From: Planctomycetota bacterium
Lineage (GTDB): Bacteria; Planctomycetota; UBA1135; UBA2386
Assembly: GCA_965223545.1 (NCBI GenBank)
Contig: OZ245006.1
Coordinates: 5,376,001 to 5,440,000 of the forward strand
DNA length: 64,000 nucleotides
Direction: 5' to 3'
Position numbers and translations under genes: made by a program
Part shown: one piece after another, positions 1 to 9,124 of the stretch
How the letters are laid out: the number at the start of each line of letters is the position of its first letter
How positions within the stretch are numbered: position 1 is the first letter of the stretch
Notes under the pieces: generated by a model
Told to the model about the DNA's origin: nothing
Database searches by the model: none
Seen by the model: only the letters and a program-made list of their open reading frames with translations

Positions 1-501
1 GCCTTGTTCGCCGTCGCCGATACGCATTGGAGCGGTGCCGCGTTGCTGGCGGTGTCGGCGGCGCTGCGGAACGCAGTGGGCGGTCCAATGGCGCGGGATG
101 CAGCGCAGCCACTGGTCGCGCTGCCGACGGTGCGCGAAGTGCGCGAAGGCGATCTGGCTCGGCTGCTCGGTCTGTGGCCGGGGACCCCCGCGGCCCGCAC
201 GCGGCTCGACGAGGACTACGTCCTCGCCGTGGGCCGGCGCTCCGACGCCGGTGCGATCGCCTTGCCGCCGGCGCAGCCGTCGGCGCGGGTCGCCGTCGTC
301 GGCGACAGCTTCGCGGCGCGCCTGCCGGCCGTCCTGAGCGGTTGTCTGGGCAGCGCGGTCGACGGCAGCGCGGCGGTCGCGGCCTCCGGCCCGCGCGCCG
401 GCCTGGACGCGACCCTGGCGCGCGCCGAGAACGGCGGCGCCGTGCGTGTCATCATCTGGGTGTGCACCCAGCGCGCGACGTGGGATCAGCGCTTTTGGTA
501 G
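1..501 (+). CDS. AlgJ/AlgX-like SGNH-fold polysaccharide O-acetyltransferase, C-terminal part (5' truncated by window)
   Basis: Frame open from base 1; DTHW motif and VVGDSF motif typical of the circularly permuted AlgJ/AlgX SGNH domain. Confidence 0.6.
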   Translation, partial: ALFAVADTHWSGAALLAVSAALRNAVGGPMARDAAQPLVALPTVREVREGDLARLLGLWPGTPAARTRLDEDYVLAVGRRSDAGAIALPPAQPSARVAVVGDSFAARLPAVLSGCLGSAVDGSAAVAASGPRAGLDATLARAENGGAVRVIIWVCTQRATWDQRFW

Positions 502-570
502 GAGTCCCCGCGGTTGGCGATGGTGGTTACCATGGAACGCGGAAAGCAGTGCCACCGGAAGGAGTCCGCC

Positions 571-1881
571 GTGTCCGCATCGCCGCGTTTCTCGATCGCC
601 GTCGCCATCATCGCGGCCGCGCTGTCGGCACCGGCCGGCGCGCAGAGCTGCTACGCCGGTCCGCCGGTTTCCATCGGCAGCATCACGGTGGTCGCCCGGG
701 GGCTGCCGGCGTCGACCCGCATGCCCAACAGCACGGTCGACGCGCTCACCGTGCACTGCCGCGACTTGCCGGACATCGGTGTGTTGCTGCAGGTCACGCC
801 GCCGCCTGCGGGAGTCAGCGAGCGGGGTACCGTCGTGCTCGGTTCGGGAGCGCTCGGCACGACGTTCTACAGCGCCGAGACCAACGGCTTCCCGTTGGCC
901 CTCGCGCTGCACCAGCTCGGGTTTCGCGTCGTCGACCGCGCCTGGGTGCCCGGTTGGTTCACCAGTGCTGCCGGCCTGCGCAAGCAGTCGTGCCGCTACG
1001 GTACCCTGCTGGATCACGTGTTTCGCACCTATCACGGCACCGGTGCGTTCTGTGCTCTGGGTAGCTCGGGCGGCTCGGCCGAGCTCGCCTACGCCTTGAC
1101 CACCTGGCGCGCGGGCGAGTACCTGGACGTTGGCGTCATGGTCGGCGGACCGCCGACCTCGCGGTTGGATCTGTCGTGCCAACGGCCACCCTCGGCGGCT
1201 TGGCTGGGACAGTGCGCGGCGGTGACGCCAGCGAACGTCCTGGAGTGCGCGCCGCAGTCGTGCGAGCTGATCACCGGCTTCGGTCTGTGCACCGCGTGTG
1301 CGGCGACTCCATCCGCAACCGAGCTGCGGGAGGACAGCGTGCTGCACTCGGCGGCGGTCTTGGACTACCCGAGAACGCGCGTCCACTTGGTCGAGGGTGC
1401 GGCCGACTGCTGGGGCACGGTGCCGTCGGCGATGCTGTTCTACAACGCCGTGCAGAGCGAGAAGGTGGTCGAGTTCGTGCCGAAGACCAACCACTTCGTT
1501 GCCGCGACCCAGCAGGGGCTCGACGCGATGCTGCGCGCCGTGGTCGGCGGCGCTGCGTCGCGCCCGGGGCCGGCAACCTTGGCCTATCGCGACTGGCCGC
1601 AGCTCGGCGGTGTCGCCCAGTTCGACCTCCACGGCCAGCCTGGCGACGGTTTCGCGGTGATCGTTGGCACGCAGACCGCACTCGCCTCGGTGCCGCCCTA
1701 CGGTTGGGTGTTCGTCGGCAATCCGCTGCTCCAGGGCTTCGGCGCGGTCGACGCATCGGGGCGCGGCTCGTTCTCGGTCGGCGTGCCGCCCTTGACCGCT
1801 CTACTGGGCCTGGAGATCTACCACCAGGCGATCATCGGCGGTGTGCTGACCAACTTGGTGCGCTTTCAGCTGCTGCCCTGA
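571..1881 (+). CDS. Secreted Cys-rich alpha/beta-hydrolase-fold protein with C-terminal accessory domain
   Basis: GTG at 571 preceded by GGAG; signal peptide (…ALSAPAGA-Q); GSSGG nucleophile elbow; candidate Asp (GAADC) and His (TNHF); C-terminal VP..LLG..YHQ..LTN module. Confidence 0.6.
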   Translation: MSASPRFSIAVAIIAAALSAPAGAQSCYAGPPVSIGSITVVARGLPASTRMPNSTVDALTVHCRDLPDIGVLLQVTPPPAGVSERGTVVLGSGALGTTFYSAETNGFPLALALHQLGFRVVDRAWVPGWFTSAAGLRKQSCRYGTLLDHVFRTYHGTGAFCALGSSGGSAELAYALTTWRAGEYLDVGVMVGGPPTSRLDLSCQRPPSAAWLGQCAAVTPANVLECAPQSCELITGFGLCTACAATPSATELREDSVLHSAAVLDYPRTRVHLVEGAADCWGTVPSAMLFYNAVQSEKVVEFVPKTNHFVAATQQGLDAMLRAVVGGAASRPGPATLAYRDWPQLGGVAQFDLHGQPGDGFAVIVGTQTALASVPPYGWVFVGNPLLQGFGAVDASGRGSFSVGVPPLTALLGLEIYHQAIIGGVLTNLVRFQLLP

Positions 1882-2621
1882 CAGCGCCGCCGGGAGAACG
1901 CCGGCAGTCCGTCGTCGAACACCAGCGCCGCGATCTCGCGCGCCGGCACCGCGGCGGGGAGCAGCGCGCCGTCCTCGTGCAGGGCGACGAACCGCGCGCG
2001 GCGCGGAAAGCTCTTCGCGTCACTGGCGCGCAGCTGCTCCTGCATCGCGGTTGCGACGACCCCCGGCGCAAAGCTCACCACCGCGATGTCGCGGTCGCCG
2101 AGATCGGCGACCTCGGCGCACTCCGCGCCCAGCACCGCACCCGCCATGTCGAGGCCGGCCTTGGTGGCGCAGTACAGCGACCACGCCGGGTAGGGGTTCT
2201 GTGCAGCACCGCTGGAGATGTCGATGATGCGCAGCCGGCAGCCGGGCTCGGTGAGCCGCAACATCAGTCCGTGCAGGTACAGCGGCACCGCGAGATTGAG
2301 CACCGCACCGCGCACGAGCGTGTCGAGCTCGGTCGCGGCGACCGGCGCCAGCCCGAGCAGCGCGGCGTTGTTGACCAGCGCGACGCGGTCCCTGCCGGCG
2401 AGGGACCCGCGCAGCGGTTCTGTTGCCAGAGTGCGGCGGACCGCTTCGACGTCGCTGAGGTCGCAGACCACGTGGGAATAGCGTTCATGCGCGGTGAGCG
2501 CTGCCGGCGCTTCGCCGCGGGCGACGCCGAGGACCTCGCAGCCACGGTCCAGCAGCGCCTCGGCCACCGCTTGGCCGATGCCCCGCGACGTGCCGGTGAT
2601 GAGGACGAACGGTGCTTTCAC
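1866..2621 (-). CDS. SDR family oxidoreductase (benzil/sepiapterin reductase-like)
   Basis: TGTSRGIG NAD(P)-binding motif, VNNAA, SSGAA, YCATK (YxxxK), APGVV; start moved to GTG 2621. Confidence 0.85.
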   Translation of the reverse strand: MKAPFVLITGTSRGIGQAVAEALLDRGCEVLGVARGEAPAALTAHERYSHVVCDLSDVEAVRRTLATEPLRGSLAGRDRVALVNNAALLGLAPVAATELDTLVRGAVLNLAVPLYLHGLMLRLTEPGCRLRIIDISSGAAQNPYPAWSLYCATKAGLDMAGAVLGAECAEVADLGDRDIAVVSFAPGVVATAMQEQLRASDAKSFPRRARFVALHEDGALLPAAVPAREIAALVFDDGLPAFSRRRCQGSS

Positions 2622-2635
2622 GCGGCGCTGCTCGC

Positions 2636-3850
2636 TCAAAGGGTCCAGCTCGTCGCCGCGGTCACTTGCCGGAACAGCGTCGGCCAGGCCGGGTCGAGAG
2701 TGACCGCGGCGGCGTGCACGGTGACGCCTTGCAGTGCCGCGAGGTTGGGCAGATTGAGCACCGGTGTGCCCTTGCCCTGACCATCGAGGAGGCCGACGAA
2801 GCCGGCGAACGCCGGGGCACCGCTCAGGGACAGCTGGAACAGGGCGTCGGCCGCCAACGGCAGCGTGCGGCCCCGTGGGAGGGGGATCGCCGGGGCCTGC
2901 GCCAACGCCATGCCGGTCGCATACGCCAGTCCGGGCTCGTGAGGGCTGTCCACGGTGAACGGATACGGCGTGCCCAGGGTTGGCGACCCGGTGGTCAGCA
3001 GCGAGGCGCTGGGCAAGAACGCGACGCTGCGCGGCACGAGACTCGACCCCGGCGCCGCGGTGCGCAGCCAGGTGCCGTCCGGCTTCAGCCAGACGACCTT
3101 GTGGGTGAAGAAGCTCGCGCTGACCAGCTCGCCGCCGGCAGTCACTGCGATGCCCTGCGGTCCGCTCAGATCGGCGTGGCGGAGTTCGCGCAGCGGTGCG
3201 CCGGCCAGATCGAAGACGACGATGTTGTTCGAACCGCCGCCGGCGACGAACAGCTCGTTGTTCCACACCGCCAGCCCCATGGGGCTGGAAAGGCCGAAGC
3301 CGGTGGCGTCGAACCGCGCGGTGCCGGTGCTGTCGAAGTAGACCACCGTGCCGTTGCCCGCGCTCGCCGCGAAGAACGATCCATCCGGCAACAGCGCCAC
3401 GCAGTTGGTGAAGCGCAGCTTGGGATCGGCGAAGGTGCGGACCAGCGTGCCGTCGGGGCGGAACTCACCGACGTTGCTGGAGCTGAAGCCGGCGACCAGG
3501 AGGTTGCCATTGGTGCGGAGTGCGATTCCCGTGGGGCCGACGACCGGCCCGGTGGCGAACCGGCGCACCAGCTGGAGGCGGCGGTCCAGCTCGAGCACTT
3601 CACCGGAGTTCTGTGAGGCCACGTAGACCGTGCCAGTCGGCGACACGGCCAGGCCGCGCGGGTGCGCCAGGCCGGGGAGCGGCAGAGATGCCAGCTCGGT
3701 CCCTCCGAAGTCGAGGCGCAGGAGCCGGTCGTTGCCCGAGCTGGAGACCAGCAGGTCCCCGGTGGTGGCCGGCGGGAGCGTCTGTCCGGCCGCGGCGAGC
3801 GCGAGCAGCGCGGCAGCGGTTGCGGCGGTGATGGGCGCGGGATTCGGCAT
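2636..3850 (-). CDS. Secreted NHL-repeat/beta-propeller protein with C-terminal accessory domain
   Basis: Signal peptide; repeated P.G[IL]A....G.L.V units (HPRGLAV, GPTGIAL, SPMGLAV, GPQGIAV). Confidence 0.75.
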   Translation of the reverse strand: MPNPAPITAATAAALLALAAAGQTLPPATTGDLLVSSSGNDRLLRLDFGGTELASLPLPGLAHPRGLAVSPTGTVYVASQNSGEVLELDRRLQLVRRFATGPVVGPTGIALRTNGNLLVAGFSSSNVGEFRPDGTLVRTFADPKLRFTNCVALLPDGSFFAASAGNGTVVYFDSTGTARFDATGFGLSSPMGLAVWNNELFVAGGGSNNIVVFDLAGAPLRELRHADLSGPQGIAVTAGGELVSASFFTHKVVWLKPDGTWLRTAAPGSSLVPRSVAFLPSASLLTTGSPTLGTPYPFTVDSPHEPGLAYATGMALAQAPAIPLPRGRTLPLAADALFQLSLSGAPAFAGFVGLLDGQGKGTPVLNLPNLAALQGVTVHAAAVTLDPAWPTLFRQVTAATSWTL

Positions 3851-3942
3851 CTCCCGAATCATAGCCGCACCCGCGCTGGAGCCGGTCGCAAGACGAACGA
3901 CGTCGCGGTCGGCCGCGGTTTTTGCGTATGTTCTGCGCGAGC

Positions 3943-4968
3943 ATGCGCAAGCCCGTCATCCTGATCACCGGCGCCAACGGCGAGATCGGCCACGGCCTGA
4001 TCGAGCACTGCCAGCAGCTGCCGGAGCACGAAGTCGTCGCCTTGGACCTGCGACCCCTGGATTCCGCCCTGGCCGCCGGCTGTGCCGCCACCATCGTCGG
4101 CGACATCCTGGACGAGGATCTGCTACAGCGGCTGGTCAGCGAGTACGAGATCCACCAGATCTTCCACCTCGCGGCGCTGCTCAGTACCCGTTCCGAGTAC
4201 ACCCCGGTGCAGGCGCACCGCGTCAACGTCAACGGCACCCTCAACCTGCTGCAGCTGGCGCACGAGCAGGCGCGCTGGCACGGCCACACGGTCAAGTTCC
4301 TGTTCCCGAGCTCGATCGCGGCCTACGGGCTGCCGAGTCGGGCCGCCAAGGACGACGCCGGTCGAGTGCGCGAAGACGAGTTCAACGTGCCGACCACGAT
4401 GTACGGCTGCAACAAGCTCTACTGCGAGCAGCTCGGGCGCTACTTCACGCAGCACTTTCGCCAGCTGGCCGCCGACCCGGCGCCCAGCGGGGTCGATTTC
4501 CGCGCGCTGCGGTTTCCGGGCTTGATCAGCGCGGCCACGGTGCCGTCGGGCGGAACCAGCGACTACGGGCCCGAGATGTTGCACGCGGGCGCCTCGGGCG
4601 AGGCCTACTCGTGCTTCGTCGACGCCGGCGCCTACTTGCCGTTCATGGCGATGCCGGACGCGATCCGATCCCTGTTGATGCTTGCGGCGGCGCCGGCTGA
4701 AGGGTTGAGCCAGCGGGTGTACAACGTCGGCGCGTTCTCCAAGTCGGCGGCGCAGATCCGCGATGTCGTCGTCGCGGCGTTTCCGGATGCGCGCATCGAC
4801 TTCGTCCGCGACGACGCGCGCGCCGACATCGTCGACAGCTGGCCGGCCGACGTCGACGACGGCGCCGCGCGGCGGGATTGGGGCTGGGTGCCGGATTACG
4901 ATTTCGAGCGCGCGTTCGAGGAGTATCTGATCCCCGAGGTCGGCCGGCGCTACGGGCGCGAGCGTTGA
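3943..4968 (+). CDS. NAD-dependent epimerase/dehydratase family protein (SDR-type L-threonine 3-dehydrogenase-like)
   Basis: TGANGEIG, HLAALLS, PSSIA, YGCNK, GGTSDY and DSWP motifs match the SDR-type TDH subfamily. Confidence 0.8.
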   Translation: MRKPVILITGANGEIGHGLIEHCQQLPEHEVVALDLRPLDSALAAGCAATIVGDILDEDLLQRLVSEYEIHQIFHLAALLSTRSEYTPVQAHRVNVNGTLNLLQLAHEQARWHGHTVKFLFPSSIAAYGLPSRAAKDDAGRVREDEFNVPTTMYGCNKLYCEQLGRYFTQHFRQLAADPAPSGVDFRALRFPGLISAATVPSGGTSDYGPEMLHAGASGEAYSCFVDAGAYLPFMAMPDAIRSLLMLAAAPAEGLSQRVYNVGAFSKSAAQIRDVVVAAFPDARIDFVRDDARADIVDSWPADVDDGAARRDWGWVPDYDFERAFEEYLIPEVGRRYGRER

Positions 4969-6914
4969 CCGAGCCAAGGCTCGGCGCGCACTGGGATGGC
5001 GATGGCGTCGCCTTCGCGCTGTTCACGGCGCACGCCACCGCGGTTCGCCTGGCGTTGGTCGATGGAGATGGCCAGCAGGGCGAGCTCGTCGAGCTGGCGC
5101 GTGACGCTTCCGCGCCGGACGTCTGGGGTGCGCGCGTGCCGGGCGTGCGGCCGGGGCAGCGCTACTACTACTTCGTCGACGGACCCGCCAAGGACGGTGC
5201 CGGCCACTGCTTCGACGGCTCGCTGCCCCTGCTCGACCCGTACGCGCGCGCCATCGGCGGGCGCGTCGACGCGGCGACGCCCGCGCCCGCGGTCGTCGTC
5301 GATCCCGCGTTCGCCTGGCGTGACGACGCGCCGCCGCGAACGCCCTGGGATCGCACTCTGCTCTACGAGGCGCACGTCAAGGGGCTGACGGCGCGGCACC
5401 CCGAGGTGCCGCGCAAGCAGCGGGGCACCTATCTCGGCCTGGCACATCCGGCGGTGCTCGATCACTTGCTGTCGCTCGGGGTGACGGCGATCGAGCTGAT
5501 GCCGGTGCACCACCACATGACCGAACGGCACCTGACGCGGCGCGGTCGGACCAACTACTGGGGCTACTCGACCATCGGGTTCTTCGCGCCGGACGCGCGG
5601 TTCGCCAGTGGCGCCGACGGGCGACAGGTGACCGAGTTCAAGCAAATGGTGCGGGCGCTGCACCGCGCCGGACTGGAGGTCGTTCTCGACGTGGTCTACA
5701 ACCACACTGGAGAAGGCGGCATCGACGGACCGGTGCGCAGCTTCCGCGGCATCGACAACGCCTCGTACTACCGCGCCGATCGCAGTGGTCGCTACGAGGA
5801 CGTCACCGGCTGCGGCAACACTCTCGACCTTCGCCACGCGCGGGTGCGACAGCTCGTGCTCGACAGCATGCGCTATTGGGTCGAGGAGATGCATGTCGAC
5901 GGCTTCCGCTTCGACTTGGCGCCGGCGTTGGCTCGTGGCGACGACGGCTTCGACCCGAGCGCGCCGTTGTTCGAGGCGATGCGTGCCGATCCCGTGCTGG
6001 CAGAAGTCAAGTGGATCGCCGAGCCGTGGGATCTGGGCGAGGACGGCTACCGCCTGGGGCAGTTCCCGCGGGGTTGGGTGGAGTGGAACGGCCGCTTCCG
6101 CGACGACGTGCGCCGCTTCTGGCGCGGCGACTCCGGCGCCCGCCGTGATTGCGCTGCCAGACTGTCGGGTTCGCGCGACTTGTTTCCGATCGAGTCCCGG
6201 GGCGAGTTCGCGTCGGTGCACTACGTCGCCTGCCACGACGGGTTCACCTTGGCCGACGTCGTCGCCTACGCGGACAAACACAACGAGGCCAACGGCGAAG
6301 CCAACCGCGATGGCAGCGATCACAACTTCAGCAGCGGCCACGGGGCCGAGGGGGCGACCGACGACCCGGCCATCTTGGCGCGCCGCTCCGCGGTGCAGCA
6401 CAGCCTGCTGGCAGCCGTGGCGTGGACCCCGGGGGTGCCGATGCTGTGCGCCGGCGACGAGCTGGGGCGCACCCAGGGTGGCAACAACAACGCCTACTGC
6501 ATCGACGATGCCCGCACCTGGATCGACTGGCAGCTCGATGCTCGCCGCTCGGCGTTGCTGGCGTGGACGGTGGAGGTCTTGCGCGCCCGCCGCGCCGAGC
6601 CGCTGCTCCGGGGTGCGGGTGCGGTTTCCTTTTGGACTGCAGATGGGCAGCCGATGGACGAGTCCGTGTGGCAGGACGACGACGCCCGCTGGCTGCTCAT
6701 GGTCGCGGGCGGCGATGGCGCCGATGCGGTGGCGGTGATGTGCAACGCAGCGACCCGCGCAGTGCGTCTGGTGCTGCCGCCAGGACCACAGGAAAGCGGC
6801 CGCTGGCGGGTGCAGTGTGCGGCGCCGGCGATCGAGGTGGCACGCTTGGCCGCGGGGATGACGCTGGAGCTGGGCGCCCACGGTTGTGCGTTGTTGCGCT
6901 GGGAGTCGCCGTGA
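4965..6914 (+). CDS. glgX: Glycogen debranching enzyme (isoamylase, GH13)
   Basis: YEAHVKG, NYWGYST, DVVYNHT, catalytic FRFDLA / AEPWD / HDGFT, QGGNNNAYC; TTG start overlaps upstream TGA. Confidence 0.93.
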   Translation: MTEPRLGAHWDGDGVAFALFTAHATAVRLALVDGDGQQGELVELARDASAPDVWGARVPGVRPGQRYYYFVDGPAKDGAGHCFDGSLPLLDPYARAIGGRVDAATPAPAVVVDPAFAWRDDAPPRTPWDRTLLYEAHVKGLTARHPEVPRKQRGTYLGLAHPAVLDHLLSLGVTAIELMPVHHHMTERHLTRRGRTNYWGYSTIGFFAPDARFASGADGRQVTEFKQMVRALHRAGLEVVLDVVYNHTGEGGIDGPVRSFRGIDNASYYRADRSGRYEDVTGCGNTLDLRHARVRQLVLDSMRYWVEEMHVDGFRFDLAPALARGDDGFDPSAPLFEAMRADPVLAEVKWIAEPWDLGEDGYRLGQFPRGWVEWNGRFRDDVRRFWRGDSGARRDCAARLSGSRDLFPIESRGEFASVHYVACHDGFTLADVVAYADKHNEANGEANRDGSDHNFSSGHGAEGATDDPAILARRSAVQHSLLAAVAWTPGVPMLCAGDELGRTQGGNNNAYCIDDARTWIDWQLDARRSALLAWTVEVLRARRAEPLLRGAGAVSFWTADGQPMDESVWQDDDARWLLMVAGGDGADAVAVMCNAATRAVRLVLPPGPQESGRWRVQCAAPAIEVARLAAGMTLELGAHGCALLRWESP

Positions 6915-9124
6915 GTCGCGCGGCTGCCGAGGCGGCGCTGCTGCAGCAGCTGGCGGCCGGCGCGTGCGCGCGCCCGCGCGCGCTGCTCGGCCCGCATCGC
7001 GAGGCGGCCGGCTGGCTGGTGCGCGGCTGGCATCCCGACGCGGTGGCTGCCGAGTTGCGTGCCGGCGACCGCGTCGTGCCGATGGCGGCTGAGAGTGACG
7101 GTCTGTTCACCGCGCGGCTCGCGGAGGCGGAGTTGCCGCCCTACTCGTTGCGCTTCGAGTTTGCCGACGGCAACGCATGGCAGCACCGCGATCCGTATCG
7201 ATTCGGACTCGCGTTGGACGCAGCGGATGTCGACGCGCTGGCCGCCGGCCGGCACGCGCGGCTGTGGAAGTTGCTGGGCGCGCGGCCGCAGCGCCGGGGC
7301 GGCGTCGACGGGACGCGCTTTCTGGTGTGGGCACCGCGCGCCGCGGCGGTCGCGCTGGTCGGCGACTTCTGCGCGTGGGATGGCCGACTGCTGCCGATGC
7401 AGAAGTTGGCTGCGGGCGTCTTCGGCCTGTTCGTCCCCGAAGTCGGTCCGGGCGCCCTGTACCAGTTCGAAGTGCGGAGTGCGAGCGGCGCGGCCTGGGC
7501 GAAGAGCGATCCGGTGGGGCGGGCGATGGAGCCACCGCCGCGCTGCGCATCGCGCGTCGTGCGGCCGCGCTTCGGCTTTGCCGATGGTGCGTGGATGAGC
7601 CAGCGCGCGCGCATTGATCCGCGCCGCGCGCCGCTGGCAATCTACGAGGTCCACCTGGGCTCGTGGCGGCGCGATGGCGATCGCCGGCTGTCGTATCGCG
7701 AGCTGGCGCCGTTGCTGGTCGAGCACGTGCGTGCGCTCGGCTTCACGCACTTGCAGCTGCTGCCGCTCGCCGAGCACGCCTACTACCCCTCTTGGGGCTA
7801 TCAGGTCACCGGCCACTACGCGGTCACCGGTCGCTACGGCACGCCGGACGACCTGCGCTGGTTTGTCGACTACTGCCACCGCCACGACGTCGGTGTGATT
7901 CTCGATTGGGTGCCGGCGCACTTTCCGAAGGACGAGTTTGGTCTGCGCTGCTTCGACGGCCAGCGGCTGTACGAGCGGCAGGGTGAGCACCCGAGCTGGG
8001 GTACGCTGCGCTTCGACTTCAGTCGGCCCGAGGTGCGCGCGTTTCTGATCAGCAATGCCCTCTATTGGTTGCGCGAGTTCCACTTCGACGGCTTGCGCGT
8101 CGATGCGGTGTCGTGGGTCGTCTATGCCGACTACCTCGAGCGGGAGCCGCCCTGGACGCGGGATCCGCATGGCATCGGGTTCCTGCAGGAGCTGCACCGG
8201 GCGGTCGAGCGGGAGGCGCCGGCGGCGATCACCATCGCCGAGGAAGCCACCGATTTCCCCGGCGTCACCGCGCCGGTCAAGGACGGCGGCCTCGGTTTCA
8301 CCTTCAAGTGGAACATGGGCTGGATGCACGACACGCTGCGTTACGTGCGCACGCCGTTCGACCAACGTGCCGCGCATCATGACTGGCTCACGTTCGCGTT
8401 CAGCTATCAGCAGAACGAGCACTACGTCGACGCGTTGTCGCACGACGAGGTCGTCCACCTCAAACGGCCGCTGTTGCTGAAGATGCCGGGCGAAGAGTGG
8501 CAGCAGCGCGCGGGCCTGCGCTTGCTGCTGGCGGCGCAGGTGCTGCGGCCGGGCAAGTCGCTGTGGTTCATGGGCACCGAGTTGGCGCCGGTGACCGAAT
8601 GGGATCACGACCGCGCGCTCGACTGGAGTCGCGGCGAGACCGCCGAGGGGCGCGCGCTGCACGCCTACGTCGGTGCGCTGCTGCGGCTCTACCGCCGCTC
8701 GCCGTGCCTGTGGCGGCGAGACGACGGTCCCGACGGCTTTGCCTGGATCGCGGGCGACGACCGTGAGAACGGCGTGCTGGCGTTCGTGCGCCGCGACGGC
8801 GACGCGCATTTGGTGGTGGTGCTCCACTGGGGAGACGAGCCGTGCGAGGGCTATTCGGTCGGCGTGCCCGCGGCGGGAACCTACCGGCAGGTGCTGTGCA
8901 GCGAGGCGACCCGCTTTGGCGGCGCCGTAGTCGATCGCGGCGGCACGCTGCGCACGGCGGCCGAGCCGTCGTCCGGTTGGCGCCAGTCGCTGCTCGTGGA
9001 CTTGCCTCCGCTCGCGGCGCTGGTGTTGGCGCCGGCGCGGATCGGCGCGGTGCAGTCACCGCCGGCGGGATCGGTGCCGGCTGCGGATTCGCACGCGGTC
9101 CGCGCCGGCGGTGGGCGCCGATGA
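6911..9124 (+). CDS. glgB: 1,4-alpha-glucan branching enzyme (GH13)
   Basis: IYEVHLGSW, SWGYQVTG, DWVPAHFPKD, LRVDAV, IAEE, KWNMGWMHD, SHDEVVH; GTGA overlap with glgX. Confidence 0.93.
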   Translation: MSRAAAEAALLQQLAAGACARPRALLGPHREAAGWLVRGWHPDAVAAELRAGDRVVPMAAESDGLFTARLAEAELPPYSLRFEFADGNAWQHRDPYRFGLALDAADVDALAAGRHARLWKLLGARPQRRGGVDGTRFLVWAPRAAAVALVGDFCAWDGRLLPMQKLAAGVFGLFVPEVGPGALYQFEVRSASGAAWAKSDPVGRAMEPPPRCASRVVRPRFGFADGAWMSQRARIDPRRAPLAIYEVHLGSWRRDGDRRLSYRELAPLLVEHVRALGFTHLQLLPLAEHAYYPSWGYQVTGHYAVTGRYGTPDDLRWFVDYCHRHDVGVILDWVPAHFPKDEFGLRCFDGQRLYERQGEHPSWGTLRFDFSRPEVRAFLISNALYWLREFHFDGLRVDAVSWVVYADYLEREPPWTRDPHGIGFLQELHRAVEREAPAAITIAEEATDFPGVTAPVKDGGLGFTFKWNMGWMHDTLRYVRTPFDQRAAHHDWLTFAFSYQQNEHYVDALSHDEVVHLKRPLLLKMPGEEWQQRAGLRLLLAAQVLRPGKSLWFMGTELAPVTEWDHDRALDWSRGETAEGRALHAYVGALLRLYRRSPCLWRRDDGPDGFAWIAGDDRENGVLAFVRRDGDAHLVVVLHWGDEPCEGYSVGVPAAGTYRQVLCSEATRFGGAVVDRGGTLRTAAEPSSGWRQSLLVDLPPLAALVLAPARIGAVQSPPAGSVPAADSHAVRAGGGRR

